64,000 bases of DNA from Paragordius varius (taxonomy: Eukaryota > Animalia > Nematomorpha), in NCBI GenBank assembly GCA_964247055.1, contig OZ176050.1:13702001-13766000 (forward strand), read 5' to 3'. The translations under genes and the position numbers were made by a program. The notes below the pieces were generated by a model. It searched no databases, was not told where the DNA came from, and saw nothing but the letters and a program-made list of their open reading frames with translations. How positions within the stretch are numbered: the first letter of the stretch is position 1; each line of letters starts with the position of its first letter. Below, in pieces: positions 13,169-24,482 of this stretch.

Positions 13169-15495
13169 TCACCATTTAGTTTATAAAATCAAAATATTTT
13201 GATAACAACATTTATTTTGATATAACCAATAATTTTTGACAAATTTGGTTTAGCCTCATGACAGGCCAATCTTAATACTTCGTCCATATGATCATCGATT
13301 AAGCGATTTCTATGTATTCTTGACATACTTCATCTTTGAATATGCCGTCTCAAACGTGTAAGGGTAGGGAAAAACAGTTAGGATAACTTGAGCACATTTT
13401 TTATATTTTCATATTATTTGGCACAAACACTCTACAAATATTTCTAATTTACGATTCTCCTTGAATATAGCCTCCATATTGGAATCATATTTAAAATCTA
13501 CGAATTTTTCAATGATAGCACCTGATCAAAGCCGAAATGCTAAGGTTGCTTAATATTGGATATATCCATATGCCAGGGATTTTCAACGAATTTTAAGCAA
13601 TTTTTATTTCTTAATTCCTGAAATCTGAATTTCATCTCATTAGATAAAATTAAATAATTGTATGTCACAAAGGTAGGCTAATGTAACCCACCATTTGTCG
13701 TTATTAATTTCCTCGTCAAACTTTCTGTTATCATTTATAAATTATATTTCATGTCTTAAAACAAAAAATCTATTTAATACTTTGCTGAGGCTTAACCATC
13801 TAACAATGGTATACAAAAGAGTATCATCAAACTCACGTGGATATCTTTCAATTGGTATTTGAATTTACGGCACAATTATCTGCCCCTGTGGTTTAATATA
13901 TCCACAACCCTTTTAAATTACTGAATTGAGTATACATTTTTAAACTCGAAACCAGGTTTTGCTGATAAATAAAGCAGTGAATTGATCAAATATTTAGTAT
14001 ATTTGTTTTTCAAAAGAGGAATAAATCCTTTGTTTCCAATCATAGAGGGACAGCCAGCTGTGCAGATCGAAACCAATTTTTTAATAGATATATTATTATT
14101 ATCGAAAAAAGTGCTAATTATTCGAGAAAATCACTCTCTTTCGTGGTATTATATATTGGTAAAAATAATAAATATTCCCCGTTGATAATGTTGTCGTTGC
14201 AAAATCTCACAAGAGCGCACACTGAGGAGCTGAACTAATATCAGTGCTCAATCAATAGCAATTCCAAAATATTTACAGTTTTTCAGAACCAATAAATATA
14301 TTTAGATAATGCGTCGATCGCATGTTGAATCAGAAAGTTGAAGTTTTTAATTTGGCTCATGATTTGATCTTTATTAAAAAATTTATCAAATAAAAAACTG
14401 CAACCATTTATTAGACATTCTTCTATAAGTTGGCAATCAGTAAACGGTTTCATATTTTTTCCTAAAATATAGCAAATTTCATACGAAGCTAATGTTACAG
14501 CTTTTTCCTGGAAGAAAGCCATGGACATAATAGATTTTTCTTCCTGGTATAATTCCTTAATCTTTTAATATTTTTCGTTTCTCAATATTGTATAATTATG
14601 TTGCCTTTACATATAAGGCAGGTGACATTTTTATTTAAAACGACAAAGAATTTTTCTTCCCATTCTTTTTTTAAAAGGAGCGATTTTCATCGGATAATTT
14701 ACGTTTTTCAGCATAAGATGTCATCCTTTGAATTTATGTTTAAATATTTTGTAAATTTTTACAAAAAAATGGGAATATCATTCGAATTATGCAATAAAAA
14801 AACAGATTAAAATTTAATGATGTGAGTTATATAAAATGATGTAGGATAGCAATGAAAAGAATAAGTATATGTATGCATTGGGTGAAAGGATTGCTAAAAT
14901 GCAAAAAAAGAATGATATAATTTTAAAATAGAAAAGAAAATAGAATGCAGAAACAAAAACGTGTTCCAAAATTTTGAAATCATTTTAATGTAGGGAAATT
15001 TTTCTACATTTCAAATTGGGTAAAAATAAAAATTGCCAAAATTAATGTAAATAAAATAAATTAATATTAAAATAAGCGAAAATCCGATTATGTGTATTTT
15101 AAAATTTCATCAATAAAAAAATAATTTTAGTATCAATATGGTCATAGAGCAATTTTAAAGCACTCTTAGGGCAGCTTACGGCCCGCGGGCCGCGGTTTGA
15201 GTATCACTGCTTTAAATAAAATAAACAAAATAATGTAAAAAAAAGAAACAATTGTTTATTCTACATTGTGCTGTTTTTTTCATACATTACTATGTAAATC
15301 TAACTATAGTGTAAGTAAAATAAGCTATTGAGATGCACAGATTGGTGTGTTTATAGAATTATATCGAAATAAGAGAAAAAGTATAATAAACTAAATGGAC
15401 CAAACATTCAAAATTTTGACCGCTAAAATAATATAACGCTTGAGTATTGTTGTTTTAAATAATGAGTAAAATTCATAATCTTTAATATAAATTCA

Positions 15496-16688
15496 TTAAA
15501 TTATATGAGTTAAAAAACTTTGTATAAACAAAAAATTAAATTCTTTTATCACGTGCTTTAGATTTGAGACCACCCAATTCTGAATAGGATTTATCCTCAT
15601 ACACATAAAATAAGGAATAGTCTCATTTAAAATATCACCTGTAAAATTATAAAATAATATAATAAAAATTAAATTTATATTAAATTGTGTTTTTTATTTT
15701 TATCATAATACCCATGTACTACTTTGGTATTAACGCAATATTATTAGGTTTTGTTTTTAGTTGCGAATAGGGTTGTGCTGACCAAGTCATGGCCCGGTCA
15801 ATTGACCGGGTCATGACCAGATCAGTGACTATTTATTTTTTGACCATGGTCATTTCAGCTGTTTTTTGAAAAATTGCTGGTAATTTTTTTTGGAAGAAAA
15901 ATAGTAAGTTATTTTTTAATATATTATAAAAAAATATATAAATATTTAAATTTGCTTATTTAAAAATTTAAAATGTTAAACATGCATCCTTAAAACATTG
16001 ACATTTAAGCATACCAGTTATTTCGAAAAAGAAAACAATCCAACTTTTTATAAAATATTCAATTATTCCATATATGTGAACTAATAAAATGAAAAAACAT
16101 TTTATAATTGGGTTCAATGATCAAAGAAAGTGTAAAAGAAACAGGAAAAATATTATTTGAAATATCCAGTATTAAAAGCGAGGTATTTGAAAATCAAAAG
16201 TAATTCATACTCCAATATCGCATGGTATCTACTTAGGTAAAGTGGTCATGACCATGACCATGTTCTGACCGGGTCTGACCGGACTTTTTTGAAAAAGCAG
16301 TCAAATGCACAACCCTAGTTGCGAATGCCGTATATACATTAAAAATTAAAATTATACGGACAAAAGTATAAATATAGGACAAAAGTATAAATATAAGACA
16401 AAAGTATTTTTTTCAAAAAACAATCAATCATACTTTTTACCTTTAATTTATCAATTCATATCTCTATTTTAAATTTTGCCATTTAAAACAATGATATTGA
16501 AACAACAATTTTGAAAAAAAAATTTCTTTATATTTTTACCTTTTGTCTGTAGAATATAATTTTTTACGATCTTGCATAGGTGGAGATTACATTTCTGGCG
16601 CCAGGTCCAGTACAGTATATGTTGCCACCTCCCTCCCCCTCCATGTAACCCCTTGCATTTTATAAAAATATTCAAATTGTGATCATGA
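15496..16688 (-). CDS. Two phase-compatible orphan exons, product unknown
   Basis: 16540-16688 (HDHNLNIFIKCKGLHGGGGRWQHILYWTWRQKC...) with a phase-1 donor, joined to 15496-15638 (DILNETIPYFMCMRINPIQNW...*). No homology recognised. Confidence 0.33.
15768..16317. mobile_element. Non-autonomous hAT element (TAGGG termini, TGACC subterminal repeats)
   Basis: TIR TAGGGTTGTGC...GCACAACCCTA; exact 8-bp TSD GTTGCGAA at 15760-15767 and 16318-16325. Confidence 0.9.
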
Positions 16689-17026
16689 CTGCGCATAAAT
16701 GGGTGATTTTTTTTGTATCATTTAAAATATAAACCTTTAAATACCTATTTTTTTAAATTTACCCCTCTAGCTACTCATCTGCTTGAATATGCATTCATAA
16801 AAAGTCACTCGGTCTTTATTTGTTACCAGTTAAGTATTCTAACTTCAATTGCTATAAATTAAAATATATTATATTTAAATTTAATGGGACTCGATTTAAA
16901 TAATCTTAATAATTTTGTGATTTATATGATATTAGCCACATAGACAAGATAAATAAAGTTATAATATAATACTGATGAATTATCATTTTTAGATATGGTC
17001 AAAACCAATTTTATTCATTAAATTTA

Positions 17027-20000
17027 TTAGTATACATTGCTTTGACAATATCTAACAATCCTTTTCAAAGTAAACGTTAATTTTGTTGCATTAATCATTA
17101 AATCTATTCTCGGATATTCGGAATATTTCTGAGTTGATCGAACACATTTTACCATTCGCACAAAAGAATAATTATACCAGAAGGTGGTATTGGTTGAACC
17201 TTGAACAATTACGGAAACTCCATTTATATCTTGCGTTATTAGGAACTGCAAATTATAAATCAATATTATAAATGTCGGCTAGTTAAAATAATAAGAGACT
17301 GCTATTTTGATAATTAATTACTTTTTCCATGGGAAGAATTGGAAGTATTTGTGATGCGTCAGTATCCAAATATTGAATGTGAATGTCACATCGACTACCG
17401 AAATTTTCATTGCGCATTATGTTAAACTATTTATACAGTAAAAATTGAAAGTATAGGTACAAAACGTAGCAATATAAAGACAAATATTTTTATCTAAACG
17501 ACAACCATACTTTTTAAAACCTTAATTTTTCTCATATAAGCTATTTTGTTACAATTGTAAATATAGAATTGATAGTGTTAGTAATATATATCTCTATTTC
17601 AGGCTTTGCCATTTAAAACAATGAGTTAAATTGAAATAAATCATGATATAAAAAGTAAGGTTGTCTTTTAGAAAAACATATTTGTATTTATATTTTCACG
17701 TTTTGTCCGTATAATTTCAATTTTTACTGTATATATAGAATACTAGTTAACAATAAAGTGGACCATTTTTAATGATACAGCTCCTATATAATAATACCTT
17801 TTCCAAATTCTCTATAGATAATGGGGCGAATCCAAAAATTGTCCTAACATTATCCATCAATGGAAATAAGTCTAGGTTAACGTATTGATACTCCAATTTT
17901 ACTATGAAATTAGCATTTAAGAATGCAAAAATGCGATGAAAGTCTTCAGGTTTTCTCATAAGCATCAGATTTCTAAAAAATTAGTTAATATAATTATTTC
18001 TATTTGAAAAAAAGCGCAAAATGGTAAATATACGAATCAATAACGATGTCTAAAATGGCAACTATGCAGAGATATTAGTTAACGTATATATATTTTAACT
18101 TTATAATAATATGGTAAATATAACTTAAATATCCTTTGTCATAAAGGTGATTGTCGTTAAAACATACGAGAAATTCACGCAAATAAGCATTCGAATTATT
18201 ATACAATTTTGCAAACCTTACTTATATATAAGTATTTTGACCATTAAATACCAAAGGCAATCATAATATCGGTTTAACTAAGAGACGTCAGCGAAAAGTG
18301 CACAGACCAAAAATTTGATTGTTCATCTATTAAATAAATAACACATATAATTTGAGTCCGCCAAATGGATTTGTACCTGAAAAAGAACCTTTGCGACACG
18401 CATCGCTTTTCTTATTCATTAGAAGAAAAAGACTGTCGAAATATAACGAATGGTAGAAACATGTGGTGAATATTTTCCATCTTTCACAACATGTAAAACA
18501 TGGTTTCCAAGATCAAAGTTGTGATCGATTTAGAAAGAGAGTGGGAGCTCTGGTAGACCGTACAACTGTGAAGACGATTAAGTGTGAGAGTTATTGGATG
18601 ATGACTCAAACTCAACGTCAATTGACACCATTACTCTACCACAAAAAACAATCAGTAAATGTCTAGGAACAGTGGGAAAAACCAATAAACTCGGCAAATG
18701 GAACCAAGTTCGCAAAGTTGCTCGTTAAATACCGTTTCAACGTTACGAAAAGTAGTCATTTTTGGAAATTTTAGCGGATGATGAGAAATGGCTTTATTTT
18801 GAAATTCAAAATGGATTTTAACATGAGATGGTCCAGCTTCAAGGCCGAATTGTTTCAGCAAGAATAGTATACTGTGGGTCTAATGGGATAGAATATTTTG
18901 TATTAAGAACTTTGAAACTTGGTGGCAACAAATTGTTAATCTAACCATGCATTAATCGGAAAACGATCAAAATGGGCCTAAAATATGACAAAGTGATTTT
19001 GCTACATGACAATACCCCGTCTTACATAGCAAAATCAGTGGGAGACATTAAAACGTGATAGAAATTTTTTCCCATCCGCCATATTCTAATGTCGCAACAT
19101 CTCACTTTTAGCTCTTTAAATGGGCCACACCCACGTAGAGCAGCATTTCCAATTTCGAAGAAGTTGGAAAATGACTTGACGAATGATTGGCCACTTGCAA
19201 ATATTTATATTCGCTGAGAGATTGGCAAAATGTGGAAAATCCGATGGACAATATTTTTAAATAAAATAAAAAATTAATTTTTTCTTTTCAAAATTACATG
19301 TCTATCTGCCAGACTACCGGTAAAGGCTTATGACTACACCTTTTAAAAACGTTTCCACAGGCTAATATGGGTCTCAATAGAAGTCTCTAGGATTTAAAAA
19401 GCTTTTTAATGTTGGGAACAGATTTAAGGATTACTTTGCAAATGGCTATATTTATTATCTCAATACCGGATAAGGTTTAAGAATTTAATAACTTACAACA
19501 TCTATAAGACGAGATTGAAAAATATGACGAAAGATTAATAATTCTTATTGGGTAGGAGAAAACTTCTCCAAACCAAACGGTCAGTCAAAATATCTAACTA
19601 TACTATTTCGAACAATAATTAGTCCCAGAAATGTCTCCACTTGGCAACCTAATACGCCAAAAAATTTTCTACTTCGGCCACATGATCGAACTCACTCGAA
19701 AAGTCTATGATTTGGAAGAGCTCGTAAAAGAAGAACTCCTGCATAAGATCCTCAAAGAACAAACCAAATAGCAGAACTAAGCGCTAGATCTGGTATACTC
19801 AATGAGCGGAGAAGATATATTTTTAATGTTTTAGTTCTAAATTCACAAAAGAAACAACATTTGGATTTATGAAAAAAAGTGACTGTGGCCTAATCACTTA
19901 ACGTTTTCATATGTTCATCACATGATATAAAATAAAAAATAATAACACAAAAAAATTGTAAATAAAATATTATTTTTCCATAGCAGATAGAAAATTATAT

Positions 20001-22270
20001 GATATTTTTCAGTAAAAATTATTAAAGGTCAAAAAATTTTGGCTGTTTTTTAAAAAAATTTCTCTTTTAATTTTTAGGTTTTTGCATATCTATTTATTGC
20101 CTATGCCATCTGATTCGATTTATTCATTAGCCAAATCATAACTAATTTGAAAACTTTACAAATTTTAATTTTATCAAATAACTTACTCAATGATTGTTAT
20201 ATTCCCAAAGAAATTGAGTATATTGTATCTTCCTCTTATATCTTCAATAAGTTGGCACAAACTAACGGGATCCATGTAAAGCTCTAAAATTTAAGGTAAT
20301 TTTACTTTTTCTTTCGTAAAACAATCTGAGCTTCGTTTTTGTCGGCACTTCGTAACCTAAAGCAAACGCACAAAATTATAAACAAATACAGTAAAAATTG
20401 ACATTATGCGGACTAAAGGTAAAAATAAAGGCAAATATTTTTTCTAAGACAACCATATTTTTAAATTTTGATTTTTTCCAAATCCTAACTGATTGTTTTA
20501 AATGGTGTAAAATAGAGATATATATAACCGAGACAATTAATTCTACTAACAATTGTAACTTAATAGCTTATAAAGGAAAAATTAAGGTTAGAAAGTATGG
20601 TTATCGTCCATTTGTCGTCTTTATATTTTTACGTTTTGTTCGTATTTTAGTATAAATCACAAAAATTTCTTAAAAAAATCCACAAATTACACATATCCAT
20701 AAAACATCTAATATATATTATATACATAATAAATAGATAAACTTACGGGGATGAGTATGGGAACAATTTAACAATCGTGCCTTAATTATTGGTAATTGTG
20801 TATTCAAACCTGATTTTTGGATTAAAATAAGTTTCCCCAAAAATTTGAAAGGAAATATGAATGGTTTTGTTTGTACTACAAAATCTGTATACATTTCATA
20901 GAAACGGAAGCTGGTATCGTTGTATTGGCTGATTCGTAACTAACACAGATAAGATATAAAACTAAAAGATAATTATTTTTTTTAAAAGATTTTAGACTTT
21001 GATTTTTTACATAAACTCTATGTTTCCGATTTTATTGTATATAATTTGAGACATCTTTAATCCAAAATGATAGTCATATTAAACAAAATCAAGTTTTGAA
21101 AATATGGTTGTGTTACCAATATACATCTCTATTTCATACTTTGCAAATTTAAACATCGGGTTATATCAATAAATAACAAGTTTAAAAAAATATAGTGGTC
21201 TATCCGTACAATTTTAATTACTGTATATTTTCACATTTTGTCAACATAATTTAATTTTTATCGTGGAAAAATATAAATATAATTGTGTGAAATCATATGA
21301 GAGACACAGTAATAAAACTCAATCACCTTCATAGGCAATGCGCCCAAGAGATGAAATCTTTTTTCTATCGTTATGCACGTATCATTGGGCCTACTTATCA
21401 GAAAGGTATCCCATTCATCTTGCACACTATTTGTACCACAAAGAATGTATGGGCTTTGTAAATATGGATCAATCTCTATTACAAACTGTAACAATTTTAT
21501 TGCTTATTTACTATAACTAACATTAAAAAGTGATTTAACTATGTAAAAAACCTTTATTGACACCAATATTTGTACAAAAAAGCATTTAAATATGTCAAAA
21601 AGGCCAAAAATTTAACAAAACCTGAAACAGGCCTAAATAATTAGTTTTAAATCCGCTTTCATTCATCTTGCACAGTATTTGTACCACAAAGAATGTATGG
21701 GCTTTGTAAATATGGATCAATCTCTATTACAAACTGTAACAATTTTATTGCTTATTTCTATAACTAACATTAAAAAGCGATTTACCTATGTAAAAAACCG
21801 TTTTTGACGCTAATATTGGTACAAAAAAGCATTTAAATATGTCAAAAGGGCCGGAAATTCAACAAAACCTGAAACAGGCCTAAATAATTAGTTTTAAATC
21901 CGCTTTATATAAATATTTTGATATTACACGAGTTATTTATTAGGGTATTTATGTTATGTCAGGTACCAATTATATAATTCTAGTAAGACTTATATTAAAG
22001 TTATTTTTTATATGACACCTCTGGATTATATTGTCGAATAAAGTAAGATTTAAGTATGGTCGAAACAGGTCCGATTGTTAGGTTATGTAAATGCAATGAT
22101 GAGTTGATTGAGATATAATTTGTATCCATTTTCCACCACAAATAATTATTTTCATGCTCCAATTGGATAGGTTCCAAAACATTTCCAGAAGGTCTAAAAA
22201 AACATAAACTGAATAAAATACCGTAATATTTGGTTAGCAGGAATTGTATGAATCGTTGAATTGCATAAGT
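17027..22270 (-). CDS. Unassigned two-module protein (paralog of 49246-56709); first exon not found
   Basis: Exons 22270-22222, 22193-22019, 21485-21327, 20939-20747, 20356-20306, 20283-20187, 17972-17798, 17426-17322, 17245-17027 (TAA). All are GT-AG, give one continuous frame, and six lengths (175, 193, 51, 97, 175, 105) are identical to the plus-strand paralog. Confidence 0.85.
17436..17729. mobile_element. MITE family B (Tc1/mariner-like, CAGTAAAAATTGAAATTATACGGACAAAA termini); further full or partial copies near 4379, 4807, 7710, 16340, 20390, 43735, 45988, 49640, 51210, 55790
   Basis: Long TIRs, TA duplication at 17434-17435 and 17730-17731, no ORF. Confidence 0.88.
18255..19341 (+). 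mobile_element. Degenerate mariner element
   Basis: Disrupted translation resembles a Mos1-type transposase (TCKTWF, ELLDDDS, LGKW, ILLHDNTP); right TIR cttatgactacacct. The left end is approximate. Confidence 0.8.
19400..19860 (+). mobile_element. Degenerate RTE-clade LINE 3' fragment
   Basis: Remnant FYFGHMI...EKSMILGRARKR, similar to the RTE ends at 42.7 and 57.0 kb. Confidence 0.6.
21412..21906. repeat. 248-bp tandem duplication (21412-21659 / 21660-21906)
   Basis: Two near-identical units visible directly; each contains the splice acceptor and the first ~25 codons of exon 21485-21327. Confidence 0.93.
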
Positions 22271-22482
22271 CTACAACAAATAATTGTGGTAAAAATAAAT
22301 TATTTTATAAGTAATTTGGAAAATATGTTAACTCTATTATCAGTAGTTAGCTGTTTCTTTCACGCGTCACTGTGACTTAGTCGACAATATTGAGAGAATC
22401 GATAAAATATATTTTTCATAATAAACTAGATTATAGGCCACATATACATTTTTGTTGGGCTAAATAGAGGGGAAAAATAATT

Positions 22483-23233
22483 ATGGGTTAATATTTTTTT
22501 TTAAAAAAAATTGATTTAAATTTACCCCTTTATACAGGAAAATTACCAAACGATGATTTATTAAATCCATATGATTTTTATAAATTTTCCGAAAAATTGC
22601 TCGAATGCCAGGTTGTTTATATATATAATGACGCATTTAACGAAGGGTGGAGACCTATTCACGGGTTAATATACCATTAAAAGTTCAAATTCACCCTTGA
22701 ACAATTCAAATTCACTCTTGAATAATTCAAATTCATCCTTAAACAATTTAAATTCACCCTTAAACAATTCAAATTCACCGTAAAATAAATTGTGTTTTAT
22801 AAAATTAAATTTTACCTATATTTTTTTTATATTTTAATGAAATGAAATTTTGTTTAAAATTAATATAATACTGAAAAATAATAAACTATGCCATAAGAAT
22901 ATATTTAATTAATGATGTGTTATATTAGCCAGAAAACACATAATCTATTTTTAAGGTGAATTCGATTGTTCAAGGGTGGGGTGAATTTAAATCGTAAATG
23001 GTATATAAGGCAATTAACAAATAGTTTAAAATAATAATGCCTAAGCGCCGCGAATATTTAATGTTTGCCTAGAATTGAATATGATTTTACGAAAACTAAA
23101 AAAATTTTAACCTTTCAGTTCAAGAAGTGAATCAACAAACTTGATGTTAACATATATAAAAGAGATATATAATGATGTTGTTAAATTAATAGTAAACATT
23201 ATAATGAAGATGAACAGCTTTGTATTTTAAAAT
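22483..23233 (+). CDS. Small unassigned gene candidate, head-to-head with the minus-strand family member
   Basis: ATGG 22483-22486, exon 22538-22664 (GKLPNDDLLNPYDFYKFSEKLLECQVVYIYNDAFNEGWRPIHG), exon from 23119 (SRSESTNLMLTYIKEIYNDVVKLI...). Phases are compatible; the true 3' end is uncertain. Confidence 0.4.
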
Positions 23234-23474
23234 TTTGCTCAATTCGCATTTTAGAGGTTAATATCCATATTTTTGTATTATTTTTATAGTTTAAATTTTT
23301 AATATTGTTAAGTTCTGTAAATATTATATTATTTAACACCCCCCCTCTCCCCCACCAATCTTTAAACCGAAAAAGTAATCCAAATTATGAATAATAATTA
23401 TTATACAGTAGGAAAATTTTTTTAACCAATCTAATTAATTATAAAACTGTTAATAATTCCTTATTAAATATAAA

Positions 23475-24482
23475 AGGTGTAGTCATAAGAAATTACCGAC
23501 TTAACAAAAAAGACGTCAGTGGAAAATAAGCAATCGATTATTTGGCACAGCATTTTGTTCGTCTAACATTAAAAAAGTAACATACACAAGTTGAGTCCGC
23601 CAAAAAATTAGCGCCTTATATTGTTTGGTAATGATGTCGAATTTTGTACCAAATGAACGTTGGCACGCATTATTTATCTTATGTTAACAGAAAAAATGAC
23701 TGTAAAGTTTATCATTTGCTGGTAATACATGGTGAACATGCTGTATCGATAAAAACGTTTAAATGGTTTCGAAAGTTTAAAAGTGTGATTTCGAAATGCC
23801 ATGATATAACACAAACTACGAAAGACTATAAAGTACAAGAGTTATGGGAGGATGACCCGACTCAAACCCAGCGAAATTTGGCAGGATTAGGTATCACATA
23901 GCACAATCAATAGACGTCTATGAGTAATGGGAAAGGCCAATAAACTCGGCAAATGGGTAAAAATTGATTCTTTAAATCATAATCGCAAAGGCCAGACTCT
24001 ATGTCTGATGTGACCAGAGTGGAATTGTCTATTATAAACTTTTGAGCCTAATAAAACCGCTAATAGACAACGCTATCGTAAAAAATGAAAAACTTAAACC
24101 ACATTAATTGAAAACGAGCGGAATTTGTCAGAAGCCATGGTGAAGTGTGGCGACATGACAACGTCCACACACAGAAATATTATCGAAAGACATAAAATAG
24201 CCAAGATGAGGATTTTTGCATCCGCCATTCTCTCCTGACCAAGCACTTGAGCATTCAATGGTACGCACGCTTGCGGAACAGCACTTCAATAATTTTGAAA
24301 ACATTGAAAAATGGCTTGACAAATGTAAGACAATGAGTCTTTCCAGCTTGGGTTTCTAATTTACCCGGGAGATAGGGAAGTGAGTAGAAGCCGAAGAACA
24401 ACTTTTTGAACAAAATTAATTGACTCCCCCTAAAAATTACATTTTTACCAAAAAACTGGTTATGACTTATACATTTACACCT
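23475..24482 (+). mobile_element. Degenerate mariner element, same family as 18255-19341
   Basis: Left TIR aggtgtagtcataag; remnants HAVSIKTFKWFRKFKS, ELWEDDPTQTQ, LGKW. Confidence 0.82.

Larger units (their letters stand above)
8492..15209 (-). mobile_element. hAT (Buster/SPIN-like) DNA transposon, defective, interrupted by the LTR element
   Basis: TIRs CAGTGGTACTCA...TGAGTATCACTG; 8-bp TSD CTTTAAAT at 8484-8491 and 15210-15217. Transposase remnant ASYEICYILGKNMKPFTDCQLIEECL (14283-14528) is typical of SPIN/GTF2IRD2-like proteins. Confidence 0.9.
8412..15330. mobile_element. MITE (CAGTATGCATTTTAATGGTT family) split by the hAT insertion; intact copies at about 27475-27657 and 55593-55769
   Basis: The left arm 8412-8491 matches the intact copies. 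A degenerate complementary arm (ttttttcatacattact...actatagtgt) follows 15217. The right boundary is approximate. Confidence 0.55.

Noticed and set aside
22674-22790. Runs of a ~21-nt repeat that look like a CRISPR array
   Set aside because: No unique spacers, mirrored at the other end of each element, no cas genes, eukaryotic context; these are MITE subterminal repeats.
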